Numbered from the stretch's first letter, positions 19,375-29,254 are shown. The stretch is 64,000 bases of DNA from an uncultured Candidatus Poseidoniales archaeon (GCA_964003245.1 CAXFIU010000001.1:20589-84588); one strand, 5' to 3'. Numbers and translations are program-made. The notes: generated by a model not told the origin, from the sequence alone.

Positions 19375-22365
19375 TCAACTCCAATATCTACGAGTTGAAG
19401 CATATTTTAATTCAGCATTATGTATAGAACGTAGCAACCTTACCTTCTCTCCAGGAACATGACCTCTGAGAATTCTTGTGGCAGTTTCTTCCGCAATTCC
19501 TCTCCCCATCATACAAATTATTGCATCTTTACCATGAGTACGTATTAACTCTGCATTCTTAGTCATTTTATCAGAAATCTTTGGGTCTTTACTTTCGACC
19601 CAACCAGATAACATATCTTCCATTCTTTCTGGCGAACATGCTTGCATAGTCCCCGAACAATTAGAGCATGGTTCAACTCTTTCAGTAAATCTTGCGACTC
19701 TCTTTCTTGTTCTATTCTTACAATTCAGACAAATCAATACGGCTCTTTCGTTTACTAATCTAACTTCTAAATGATCTCTAAGTTCTTTATCTGACCAAGA
19801 AGGAAGTAACAAGTCTTTTTCACTCTTTTTTGATTGTCCTAGCGGCCCTGGAGGAGTTTCTAATAATCTTATATCTCCATTTTGAATTTCAGTTAATAAG
19901 TCGACAGTTGCTTCTATATCCATTCTTTCATGGAATAACTTACTTAGAGCCTCTTCTATTACTGGTGTTCCTTTCCATCTCCTCATTAGACCCTGAAGAT
20001 TTACTTTGCGAGGGTCAACTCCTTTTTGCAAAATCCCCATTCTTCTTGCGACTTGTACAACTCTCCATCTTACAGCTCTTCCATTTGGTATCGTCATTCG
20101 CATTAGAGAAGGTATTGCTGCTGGAGGAGTTTCTTGTAACCATCCAATAATATCTGCAGAACTTGTACCTGGAATTTGAATAGATATTCGATAAGGGTCG
20201 ATTAAGGTTCTACCCATTTTCCCTTCTTTTAATGAACCAAATGCTTGAATTAGATATGCTAATGTTTCATTAATTTTAGATCCAGCACATGTGTTTAGAA
20301 TAATTGTTTTTTGCCTTTCTTCTATTGTTATGGTTCTTTCATCAGGCAATACTCCAGTAGCCTCAATATGTTCTGCAACTGTACTAATTAATACATCTCT
20401 TGCACTAGGAGATAGCGGATATTCTTCAAAAGGAATTACAGAATTGTCATCTTCAATTGCCCCAATAGTTATTCCAACAGACCTTCTTAGTTGCCCAACT
20501 TCTCTAGCTACTTCTTTGGGTACAGGAGGTAATTCTCCAGACCATACTGGTGCTTCTCCAGTTTCTTTTATTGGAGCAACTAGAAGCTCTTCTTGTTCTG
20601 GATCCGCATCAACAATTTGCCAAGTTCTTCCTGCCATAACAAATCTTCTTGCTCTTCCGAGTGAATCATCACTAGCATCATTGTTAAGAGATAAAACAAA
20701 CGCCTCATCTACAGAACCAAGAATGGACCTACTTACCGCATCTCTAACTCTATAAGAAATTTCATCAGGAATCATAGAGATATGGTCTGTTCTAGATTTA
20801 GATGCTTTTCCAGATGGAGAAAACCAACCTTTTTCTAAACTCGGGGGGAGTTCTTTTACCATTGCTTTCCTCCATCTTATTTTATCCGATTCTTTTTGCT
20901 CCTCGTCCCAAGGAGGCCTTTTCTCAGGGATATTCTGATTGCTTTTCTTCGCTAACTCTTCCCAAAGTCTCGCTGGCCATTTTGTTACATCTGAATCCTC
21001 AGGGGTTTCAATAAGTCTGATTAACCAACGATCATTTAGAACTCTCAATATATTGATACTTTTTTCATAATTCCATTCTCTGAATATTGAGCAATTTTCT
21101 ATTATCTCATTAGCTTTCTGAAGTGGAACTAATCCTCTCTCTATACCTAATTGAATAAACTGGTTAGCGGCCACAATTCCTGGATCTGTTTGCCACTCTA
21201 CTCCTTCAAGCTCCGACGACATCGCTCTTCTTGATATTACTGCACATTCGGAAATCTCATCTAATTCCCATGCTAGAATTTCTCCTCTTCCTGTACCTCC
21301 TAGATGATGCTCTGCTCTCCCCATTCTTTGCAATAACCTATCTACCGCTCTTGGAGATTGTAATTGATGAACTTTCTTAATTGATCCAATATCAATCCCT
21401 AACTCTAAACTACTAGTACAAATAATCCCGTGTAAATCCCCACTCCTTAATTTGTCTTCCATTTCTTTCCTAGTTTCAGAAGCAAGACTTCCATGATGCA
21501 CTCCAATTTTAATTTCTGGTGCTATAGATGTTAATCTTTGAGATACAGTTTCAGCAGCAGATCTTGAATTAACAAATACTAGAGATGGATAATCATCTCT
21601 TAATGAGTTAGCAAGTCTCCTAAAAGCAGCAACGGAATTGGGAGATACTGACCATTTTACTGATATAATCTCATCTTCAGGAGAAGGGATTTCTTTATGC
21701 ACTAAAACATCTGTAAATCTTGGAGAAGGGCCTAGTATAGGTTGCGCATTATTAGCCATGTAATTAGCAACCTCGTTGGGATTTCCAACAGTTGCTGAAA
21801 GACCAATCCGTTGTATATCATTGGGATTAATATCTGCGATACGTTCGAGTCCAACCATTAACTGCGAACCTCTTTCACTTCCAGCCAAATCATGTATTTC
21901 ATCTAGAATTATGACTTTAACACCTGAAAGATGTTTTCTTAATCTACTTCCGAGCATCATTATTTGTGTAGTTTCTGGTGTAGTAACTAATAAATTTGGA
22001 GGATTTTTTGATTGCCTTGTTCTCTCTTTTTGAGTAGTATCTCCATGCCTTAAACCAACAGTTAATCCAAGAGGTTCCAACATTGTGGACAATCTTCTAT
22101 CAATATCTCTGTTTAATGCCCTTAGTGGAGTAATATATAGAATTGACAAACCTTCCCAATTTTCATTAATCGCTCTTGAAATTACTGGTAATATTGCGGC
22201 TTCGGTTTTGCCACTTCCTGTTGGTGCAACTAATAGCCTATTTTCTCCTGCACATAAATCAATAATTGCTTCTTCTTGAATAGGTGTCAGATTCCAACCC
22301 AATTTGGATATTAATCCTCTAACTTTCGGGTGCAGAATTTCTATTGCTGCCCCTTCCATACCCAT
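19375..22365 (-). CDS. lhr: Lhr-type large superfamily-2 helicase with C-terminal zinc ribbon
   Basis: VAPTGSGKTEAAILPV (motif I), ILDEIHDL (DEIH box), RMGRAEH region; about 1000 aa; C-terminal CLNCKN...CSNC. Confidence 0.8.
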   Translation of the reverse strand: MGMEGAAIEILHPKVRGLISKLGWNLTPIQEEAIIDLCAGENRLLVAPTGSGKTEAAILPVISRAINENWEGLSILYITPLRALNRDIDRRLSTMLEPLGLTVGLRHGDTTQKERTRQSKNPPNLLVTTPETTQIMMLGSRLRKHLSGVKVIILDEIHDLAGSERGSQLMVGLERIADINPNDIQRIGLSATVGNPNEVANYMANNAQPILGPSPRFTDVLVHKEIPSPEDEIISVKWSVSPNSVAAFRRLANSLRDDYPSLVFVNSRSAAETVSQRLTSIAPEIKIGVHHGSLASETRKEMEDKLRSGDLHGIICTSSLELGIDIGSIKKVHQLQSPRAVDRLLQRMGRAEHHLGGTGRGEILAWELDEISECAVISRRAMSSELEGVEWQTDPGIVAANQFIQLGIERGLVPLQKANEIIENCSIFREWNYEKSINILRVLNDRWLIRLIETPEDSDVTKWPARLWEELAKKSNQNIPEKRPPWDEEQKESDKIRWRKAMVKELPPSLEKGWFSPSGKASKSRTDHISMIPDEISYRVRDAVSRSILGSVDEAFVLSLNNDASDDSLGRARRFVMAGRTWQIVDADPEQEELLVAPIKETGEAPVWSGELPPVPKEVAREVGQLRRSVGITIGAIEDDNSVIPFEEYPLSPSARDVLISTVAEHIEATGVLPDERTITIEERQKTIILNTCAGSKINETLAYLIQAFGSLKEGKMGRTLIDPYRISIQIPGTSSADIIGWLQETPPAAIPSLMRMTIPNGRAVRWRVVQVARRMGILQKGVDPRKVNLQGLMRRWKGTPVIEEALSKLFHERMDIEATVDLLTEIQNGDIRLLETPPGPLGQSKKSEKDLLLPSWSDKELRDHLEVRLVNERAVLICLNCKNRTRKRVARFTERVEPCSNCSGTMQACSPERMEDMLSGWVESKDPKISDKMTKNAELIRTHGKDAIICMMGRGIAEETATRILRGHVPGEKVRLLRSIHNAELKYASTRRYWS

Positions 22366-22424
22366 ATCGACAACGTTCTATCTAGAAAACCCAACGAATT
22401 AGGAATCAACTTTAATTATACAAT

Positions 22425-23609
22425 TTATGGATGTGGAGGTATTTCATCATTCCAATTTTCCATCTTGTTTAATGTGATTGTTACATTTGTTATTTCCCCA
22501 TCTTCCCAATAATCAACGGCTACAAATGTAGGTCTTCTATCCATAATTTCCCAACATTCTATAGTACGATTTAGTAAAAAATCATACTCATTTATCTCAT
22601 GAGCCTTGTAAGGATCTGCAGTGCCAAATATACTACTCAACCAATGGCTTAGATGCCAAACAGGTTGATTTGAATCTCCTCTCCCCAATTCGCATGTCAT
22701 TTCCTCTTTATCTTGTTGACCATATGGAGTATCCCAACTGTGCTTCCATGCGGGATGGAAATACGGATAACTCTCATTGTAATCATTCTGAACATATATC
22801 ACCACATCCTTTTTTTGTAGAATCATGTCTCCTATTGAAGGCCAAGGTTCTCCTAATTGATGAATAAATACTCTTTCTAAAATTCCAGTTTGATTAAATA
22901 AAAACTCTAGATGATCCGCAGGAACATAGTTTTCAACTAGTATTGATACAACCTCTCCACATACAAATGAACAATTCTCATCAGTTAAATTCATTTGTGA
23001 ATTTAGAAGAGATAACCACTCAAATGCATCTACTTCAGAATACGCACATGGGTGCGGAAACTGACCAGGAGAACCATGACAGAATCTTACATCTTCTGCC
23101 TCAGTTTCATCATTACTTAGATGATGTGCATCCACCATAAATGCTCTAATTCCTCCATCCCATTGAGCTTGAAGTCCAGTATAGTGATTAGTCCCAAGAA
23201 TTACACCATCTTCTGATGTAGCAAAAGCATTGTGTGTCTCAGGAAATGTAAAATTATCATAGTTTCTTAAACAGTATTTTGACAATCCATGGCAAATAAT
23301 CGTATCATTCTGATCTAGTGGGTCAAGACCTCTTTCTGATTCCCAGTCATTCGGCAAGTCATCTCCATCTATATCTTCATCCAAAGTGTCGCAGATTGTA
23401 TCGCCATCTAGGTCATTAGGCATTTCTTCAGAATTATCGGGATTACTATTACAATCAATTTCAATTAGATTTTCCCATCCGTCTCCATCTCTATCTAAAT
23501 CTTCACTATCTTCTATACCGTCATTATCCATGTCTAGAAACTCATCTCCTATGCAACCTGAAAGGACCAAGCCAACAACAATCAGAATCACTATCCAACG
23601 CTTTCCCAT
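22425..23609 (-). CDS. Secreted lipobox protein: thrombospondin-type-3-like Ca-binding repeats + PI-PLC X-domain-like phosphodiesterase
   Basis: Signal/lipobox MGKRWIVILIVVGLVLSGC; DxDxDG repeats (DMDNDGIEDSEDLDRDGDGW, DLDGDTICD, DIDGDDLPNDW); catalytic-like region ETHNAFATSEDGVILGTNHYTGLQAQWDGGIRAFMVDAHH resembling SHNTY...GCRxxELD of PLC X domains. Confidence 0.55.
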   Translation of the reverse strand: MGKRWIVILIVVGLVLSGCIGDEFLDMDNDGIEDSEDLDRDGDGWENLIEIDCNSNPDNSEEMPNDLDGDTICDTLDEDIDGDDLPNDWESERGLDPLDQNDTIICHGLSKYCLRNYDNFTFPETHNAFATSEDGVILGTNHYTGLQAQWDGGIRAFMVDAHHLSNDETEAEDVRFCHGSPGQFPHPCAYSEVDAFEWLSLLNSQMNLTDENCSFVCGEVVSILVENYVPADHLEFLFNQTGILERVFIHQLGEPWPSIGDMILQKKDVVIYVQNDYNESYPYFHPAWKHSWDTPYGQQDKEEMTCELGRGDSNQPVWHLSHWLSSIFGTADPYKAHEINEYDFLLNRTIECWEIMDRRPTFVAVDYWEDGEITNVTITLNKMENWNDEIPPHP

Positions 23610-23719
23610 AGTATTCCATTGATAGCATAGCACATCAATTAATTGGTATGATTGTGCTTTTGATGTGAACTTGTTAGCGTAAGACACTAAGCCACGAAGC
23701 CTTACCCACGATTGATATA

Positions 23720-24502
23720 ATGGCTCGTCGAGATGAAAGAAACTTGAGTTTTTTTGGCCGATTATGGGAAAGTCAGAGGGGCCGACATTTCCAAATTGTC
23801 AGAAATGTTTCAATTTTGTCCGTGGCTCTATTGGTTTGGGGTATAATTTTCCTTTTCGGACTTTCTGGGCCAACTGATCCATCCAAAGAAAATATCGTAG
23901 CTTTAAGTTGGATAGGTATGTTAATTGGAGCCATTGGTACATTCTATGTCGGCCCTGAGTTCTTCTACTATCTTGAGAAGAAACAGGTTCTCGATGATAT
24001 TCTATTGTTGGATTCACGTGCTGAAGTATTAAGACGTCGGAAAGAAGGTGAAGAAGCAGCAATTATGCTTGGAGAGAAGTACATGGGTATGATGCGAGGA
24101 TTACTTGAATTACATGAAATACCTGTAGGAAAGAATCTGACTAATTCTCCAATAATTAACTCTCATAGCGATGCCAATGTTGAAGGAAATTGGTGGAATA
24201 ATTCAGACTCAACTCTCTCACATAAACTTCCGGGATTAGATCTAATTAGAGAGTTATTTTTCCATAGAATATTAATTTTAATAACATCATTTAGTTTAAT
24301 TATGTTATTTTGGAATACTATTTTTGGTATTGCTTCTATGGGTGGTTCTAGAGAGTATACAATCGACCTCACAGAGAGGATTAGCGGCATCTCCTCTTTC
24401 CATCATCTTGCTCCTCACATAGATCCGGTTAGTATTATTTTAATTCTCTTCTTATCTTTCATATTATATCTAACTAGGCCGTATAACTACAAGGAGATTT
24501 AG
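23720..24502 (+). CDS. Hypothetical membrane protein
   Basis: Four or more hydrophobic helices; no recognisable motif. Confidence 0.4.
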   Translation: MARRDERNLSFFGRLWESQRGRHFQIVRNVSILSVALLVWGIIFLFGLSGPTDPSKENIVALSWIGMLIGAIGTFYVGPEFFYYLEKKQVLDDILLLDSRAEVLRRRKEGEEAAIMLGEKYMGMMRGLLELHEIPVGKNLTNSPIINSHSDANVEGNWWNNSDSTLSHKLPGLDLIRELFFHRILILITSFSLIMLFWNTIFGIASMGGSREYTIDLTERISGISSFHHLAPHIDPVSIILILFLSFILYLTRPYNYKEI

Positions 24503-24503
24503 T

Positions 24504-25388
24504 ATGGGAAATGATTTCAACCTCTATCTTAGAGAGGCATTTCTTGCCATAGGGCTGGTTTTCTTATTGCTTGGGTCAATGTGGTTAGCTACCGGCATGT
24601 TCCCTCCAATGGTTGTTGTTGAATCCGGTTCAATGAAACATAGTGAGGATGGATCTTTAGGAGCAATTGATCCTGGTGATTTGGTATTAATTATGAATCC
24701 TGATAGAGTCGACATAGTCACATATGTAGAAGCTTCTAATGAAGGAAATGAGAATTTTGGATATGAAATGCATGGCATGTATGGAGACGTAATTATTTAT
24801 GAAAAAAATGGAGGTTCTGATACTCCAGTAATTCATAGAGCATTACTCAAAGCAGAAGCAAATTTAACTGAAGACCCAATTGATGACTCATGTTCAGAGG
24901 GCGTATTTGATCATTTAGAAGAAATATGTATTTTAACATGGGATGTCCCAGGAACTCATTTAGTCAATGTAAATAATATTTCTTTAACATTAGATTATTC
25001 TTGCGCACCTCATGGAAATCTAACAATCGATAAGTGGGTTCCTGGACATGAAGGATATCTGACAACAGGAGATAATAGAATAACTAATGGATGTACAATT
25101 GATCAATTAAGAGCAACAAGTTCTACAGCCGATGAATCCTACATCCAGAGCCGTGGGTTAAAGGATGAATATGGTAATCCTGTAACTGCTGTAAGAGATG
25201 TTTGGGTAGTTGGTGTTGCATCATCTGAGATTCCATGGGTTGGAGCGATCAAACTCTTCTTTTCAGGAACTTATGATTTTGTATCTCCACAAACTTGGAA
25301 TTATCTGTTTACGTTGATTGCAGCAGTGGTCATAATTCCTATGGTTTATGATATGTTAATATTTAGAGAAAGTGAAGAAGAAGAATAG
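24504..25388 (+). CDS. Archaeal type I signal peptidase (S26B/Sec11-like) with extended ecto-domain and C-terminal TM
   Basis: N-terminal TM then VVVESGSMKHSEDGSLGAIDPGDLVLIMNP (boxes B/C) and LTTGDNRITNGCTIDQ (box D GDN). Confidence 0.65.
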   Translation: MGNDFNLYLREAFLAIGLVFLLLGSMWLATGMFPPMVVVESGSMKHSEDGSLGAIDPGDLVLIMNPDRVDIVTYVEASNEGNENFGYEMHGMYGDVIIYEKNGGSDTPVIHRALLKAEANLTEDPIDDSCSEGVFDHLEEICILTWDVPGTHLVNVNNISLTLDYSCAPHGNLTIDKWVPGHEGYLTTGDNRITNGCTIDQLRATSSTADESYIQSRGLKDEYGNPVTAVRDVWVVGVASSEIPWVGAIKLFFSGTYDFVSPQTWNYLFTLIAAVVIIPMVYDMLIFRESEEEE

Positions 25389-25394
25389 TATATT

Positions 25395-26936
25395 CTAGTT
25401 CAACATATTAGCCAATAGTATTGGGAATAATACAATTAAAAGTATAATTATGCTACTGAAACCACTTACCCGATTAGCTATATTTTCAACTCTTAGAGGA
25501 TTCATATTTCTCCCAAAGAATTTTATTACTGAGTGGGTTGAATCTCTAGTAATTTGTCCTCCATCAAAGGGCACCATGGGTATTAAGTTAGCAAAACCAA
25601 GTATGAAATTTATCCATGCAAACCAGAATAAGAAATCAAAAATAGCTAACATTCCACTCGTTCCTATTAATGAAGCAATAAATCCATCTCCGGCTTCAAT
25701 TAAATCTCTCTCTTCTAATGGCATAGAATGCCCCTCTAATCTTATCGGTTCACCCAATAGTTCTAATGGCTTGAATATGAAAATTACAGTTCTGAAAATA
25801 GGATTTAGATCTTCAGTAGATGATAACTCATATCCATCAACTGCACTGGTTCCAGAGGATATCCCACTCACTCCAAGAAAAGCATTTCCTTGCTCTATAC
25901 CATTATCATTTAAGAAATCAATATAATCTTCCATACATTGTTCTTGACTATCACAATCATCCTCAAACCAAGTAGGAATTCCTTGTGAAACATAGTAATC
26001 AAGTTGATCGGTTAGTGTTACAGTAATTTCTCTTGTTTCTCTATCCCCCAAATCATTTTTTCTAGACATCACGGATAAATTCATTTCATCTCCTGCTGAT
26101 TTAGAATTCATAATTTCTGTGAATGAATCATAATCTGGCACATGTACTCCATCAAGATGAGTAATTATTTCATACGGTTCTAATCCTGCTTCCTCTGCGC
26201 CACTATCTACGATAATTCCCTTCGCATGTAGTCCTGGCTCGGAAGCTACAAATCCCGAGGCTGTACATGATAGTAAGAGTATCACAATGTATGTTGAAAC
26301 AATATTTATCGACGGTGCAGCGGCATATATTCGTAACCTTTCTCTCCTAGGGGCCCTTGTCATTTCTTGAATCTCTGGTTCGAAAAATGCCCCCATTGGC
26401 AAAGGACCTAGTAGCAATAATCCAAAACTCTTTGCCCTCATTCCATGAACTCTTGCTTGTATTGCATGACCATATTCGTGAATAATTACAGCCATAATTA
26501 GTGCAATTACAGGCCACCAAAATGGAACAAAACTTGTCACACCAGGTATTAGCAACAGATCTTTTGCAGGAATCGCCTCCTCTGGGGGAGAAAAGGCACT
26601 TGCTACAGCTGATAAGATTAGGAGAAGAATAACTCCAAACATTACGATAAAACATAACCATATGGAAAACTCTCCAAAACCTCTCCAAAATTTCCTATAT
26701 TTTGAAATTCTTTCGAGTAAAATCTTTCCTTTTTTTGTTCTAATCATTAAAATGAAACCTAAGACTCTTGTTGCATCCCAATTATCTAGAGTCCCATCAT
26801 TTTCTAGAATAATCAATATCGAGTACCAAATTACCATAATTATAGCGCCCCATATTGGCAGCCCTAGAAGATAAAAAAAGTAGATTGAAATCATTGGTAA
26901 AAGATGATTCATGGCCGACCCCTCCTCATCTTGCAT
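25395..26936 (-). CDS. Site-2 protease (peptidase M50) with PDZ domain
   Basis: HEYGHAIQARVHGM HExxH motif within TM region, internal PDZ-like segment, C-terminal LDG-type motif NLIPMVPFDGG. Confidence 0.75.
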   Translation of the reverse strand: MQDEEGSAMNHLLPMISIYFFYLLGLPIWGAIIMVIWYSILIILENDGTLDNWDATRVLGFILMIRTKKGKILLERISKYRKFWRGFGEFSIWLCFIVMFGVILLLILSAVASAFSPPEEAIPAKDLLLIPGVTSFVPFWWPVIALIMAVIIHEYGHAIQARVHGMRAKSFGLLLLGPLPMGAFFEPEIQEMTRAPRRERLRIYAAAPSINIVSTYIVILLLSCTASGFVASEPGLHAKGIIVDSGAEEAGLEPYEIITHLDGVHVPDYDSFTEIMNSKSAGDEMNLSVMSRKNDLGDRETREITVTLTDQLDYYVSQGIPTWFEDDCDSQEQCMEDYIDFLNDNGIEQGNAFLGVSGISSGTSAVDGYELSSTEDLNPIFRTVIFIFKPLELLGEPIRLEGHSMPLEERDLIEAGDGFIASLIGTSGMLAIFDFLFWFAWINFILGFANLIPMVPFDGGQITRDSTHSVIKFFGRNMNPLRVENIANRVSGFSSIIILLIVLFPILLANMLN

Positions 26937-27154
26937 AACACATGGCCATCGCTCCTATTCTTCAACTTGTGTTCTTTATTACAAAAATGACTTCAAAGAT
27001 AAGCCTCTCCGGATTGCATGGTTCAACATGATTCAGAGGATATTAAGAGCAAAAAACGTCAGCTCGATATCATCAGAAGAGAAAGAGATAGCATCCAACG
27101 TTTGTTAAATCAGGCTAAATTAGGAAATCTAACTCGAGAAGTGAAAAATCTGAC

Positions 27155-27796
27155 TCAAGAATTCGATAGACTTGATGCTGTTCTTTCAGAAGAAGATTCA
27201 TATTGAACCATTATCGATTCTTTCATTGGGAAACTAATATTTTCTTCTGAAGTAGTTATTTGAATATTATTGGCATTTTCAGACTTAGAGATCAATGAAA
27301 GGAATTTGTGCAAAGGAAGTCCTTTGTCCCAATCCAAGTAAGGAGTTCCGTTCCTAGTCAAAGGCAACTCAGGCACTGTTCTAGAAAGTAATCTTAGTTT
27401 TCCTGTAAGTCCCTCAGTTCTCACCCTAAATATTCTCCAACTATCTCCTCTGACTCCTTTTAATCTGTAAGCATAGAATGGTTGTATTGAACATCTAATT
27501 CCAATTTCTTCTAGTGCCTTATATTGTAAAACAGTTCTACCAGAAAGGTATAACTTTGGCTTCTTTGAAGATTTTACTTCTATTGGAAAACACATATCGC
27601 CTCTTAATGCTAGAAGATCACCAGTACCTTCTGATCCACTTCCGGGTGCTCTTACAACTAGAAATGGACGTTGACAAATTTGCATAGCTTGAGCTCGTTC
27701 TATTTCATTACAAGATCTCGTAATCGCTCGAACTCCTTTTTCTTCACCTGCAAGTACTGAGCGCAACTCACGCTCGTATGCTCCTCCTATTCCCAT
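27155..27796 (-). CDS. hjc: Holliday-junction-resolvase (Hjc)-like PD-(D/E)xK nuclease with internal insertion and about 70-aa C-terminal extension
   Basis: AYERELRSVLAGEEKG...VVRAPGSGSEGTGDLLALRGDMCFPIEVKSS matches Hjc ERE...GSG...DL.A...IEVKS catalytic layout; extra about 18 aa between G and VVRA; extended C-terminus. Confidence 0.55.
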   Translation of the reverse strand: MGIGGAYERELRSVLAGEEKGVRAITRSCNEIERAQAMQICQRPFLVVRAPGSGSEGTGDLLALRGDMCFPIEVKSSKKPKLYLSGRTVLQYKALEEIGIRCSIQPFYAYRLKGVRGDSWRIFRVRTEGLTGKLRLLSRTVPELPLTRNGTPYLDWDKGLPLHKFLSLISKSENANNIQITTSEENISFPMKESIMVQYESSSERTASSLSNS

Positions 27797-27890
27797 GCTA
27801 CTATCGTAATCTCAAGGTTATTGAGGACATCGCATGATTAATGCTATTTCCCTCAATTTTTTAGGTTTTTATTGATTGACATTCAGCAAA

Positions 27891-28532
27891 TTATTGGAAT
27901 TTTCCTTTCCTATATTCTCTTGTCCTATCAACACCCGGGAATTGATCTTCACTTTCACGATATACGGTTTTCATATTTTTTAGAAAACTCTGTTCATTTG
28001 TAACAATTAATACCATATCTACACCAGGATCTTCTCCTTCATCCATCCAAGCTAATACAATCTCCATTGTCATTCTCGCTCCTTCTCTATGTGGATACGA
28101 GAAAACATCCATACCCAAAGGCGGTAGAACTAAAGTTTCGCGAGGTTTTAGATTTTCTACCTCTGCAAATAATGAATCATATGATTTTTTTAATAGCTCT
28201 CTTCTATATTGGTCTTGTGTAGGTCTCCTACAGTCTGGACCTACAACATGTACAAGATGTTCAGCTGGTAGATTGTAGGCAGATGTGGTGACGGCCTCTC
28301 CAACTCCACAAGGTTGCGAATTCGTCTTACGTTTTTCTTTTGCTATTTCAGTACAAGCGGCTCTTAATTCAGGTCCAGCTGCTAGTTGCATTACTTCATC
28401 TAATCCTTCTCTACCTGCTAGTCTATTATTGGCCGGTAATACCATTATGTCTCCTTCCACTCTAGTGACATTGCCAAAGCATACTCTCACCTGTCCATAT
28501 TTACATTCTCGGACTATGATGACCTCTGCCAT
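27891..28532 (-). CDS. Macro domain (ADP-ribose binding/processing) protein
   Basis: VTRVEGDIMVLPANNRLAGREGLDEVMQLAAGPELRAAC...GEAVTTSAYNLPAEHLVHVVGPD matches the macro-domain core; start taken at MAEVIIV (ORF opens further upstream). Confidence 0.7.
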   Translation of the reverse strand: MAEVIIVRECKYGQVRVCFGNVTRVEGDIMVLPANNRLAGREGLDEVMQLAAGPELRAACTEIAKEKRKTNSQPCGVGEAVTTSAYNLPAEHLVHVVGPDCRRPTQDQYRRELLKKSYDSLFAEVENLKPRETLVLPPLGMDVFSYPHREGARMTMEIVLAWMDEGEDPGVDMVLIVTNEQSFLKNMKTVYRESEDQFPGVDRTREYRKGKFQ

Positions 28533-28631
28533 ATTAATGATGAGGATAGGGCATCCAATATGTATGCTTCTTCTCATCATTCTGAATATCCAAGCGAACA
28601 TTTGATGCGTGACGACGTCTCCCAATGGAAT

Positions 28632-28865
28632 ATGTCAGTGGGTTACGTACTAGTAAATGTTGAACCAGGTTCAGAAGTAGATGTGTTTAATGCAGCATCA
28701 TCATTATCTTTCGTTACTGATGCAAATCTTCTTTTTGGTGATCATGATTTAATAGTCAAATTAGAGGCAGAAAATATGGGAGATATAGCTAGGTTAGTTG
28801 TAGAGTCAATACGCGCAATTCCAGGAGTTTTGAACACAAAAACACTTGCTTGCGCTGAAATGTAG
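28632..28865 (+). CDS. Stand-alone Lrp/AsnC C-terminal (RAM) ligand-binding domain protein
   Basis: MSVGYVLVNVEPGSEVDVFNA...DHDLIVKLEAENMGDIARLVVESIRAIPGVLNTKT; beta-alpha-beta-beta-alpha-beta RAM-like pattern with no N-terminal HTH. Confidence 0.5.
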   Translation: MSVGYVLVNVEPGSEVDVFNAASSLSFVTDANLLFGDHDLIVKLEAENMGDIARLVVESIRAIPGVLNTKTLACAEM

Positions 28866-28982
28866 ATGATTTTTTTACTAGTTGGTTTTTTCAGTTTTAC
28901 CTCAATTGTGGCGCAGTATGGCGTTTTTTATACAATACCTTCATATCCTATTTTGACAGGCGAGGTGATGGAGGATTGCTTT

Positions 28983-29246
28983 ATGTCAGACAAAAAATAC
29001 TTCGTACTGATGGAGAATGGAAAGGACACCACTCAGGTGTTCGTAAGCAAGCAGCCACGTGGAGCAGCCTTGAAGGCAGCTACTCGTGGTCATACCGATA
29101 TCCAACTGCGTGAGCGCGGAACAAACCGTGTTCACAATTTTGAAGGTTGGACTGAGGTTGTTGCAAAGCCAGCTAATGGACCTGCTTGGCTACCAGACAA
29201 AATCAAGAAGGCCAATGTAAAGAAAAATGGAATTACTCGATTATGA
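28983..29246 (+). CDS. Archaeal chromatin protein MC1
   Basis: KQPRGAALKAATRGHTDIQLRERGTNRVHNFEGWTEVVAKPANGPAWLPDKIKKANVKKNGI is close to Methanosarcina MC1 (GKQPRQAALKAA...RLRERGTKKVHVFKAW...PAWMP); GGAGG 8 nt upstream of this ATG. Confidence 0.75.
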   Translation: MSDKKYFVLMENGKDTTQVFVSKQPRGAALKAATRGHTDIQLRERGTNRVHNFEGWTEVVAKPANGPAWLPDKIKKANVKKNGITRL

Positions 29247-29254
29247 GTAATCTA

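Noticed and set aside
19830-22279. Several 60-150-aa + strand ORFs antisense to the Lhr helicase gene
   Set aside because: They are embedded in a long, well-supported minus-strand gene. Their Leu/Ser-rich composition is typical of antisense frames.
26911-27108. 65-aa + strand ORF in the S2P/Hjc intergenic region
   Set aside because: Its composition is low-complexity, it overlaps the S2P start region and it has no recognisable features. It is most likely a spurious ORF in promoter sequence.
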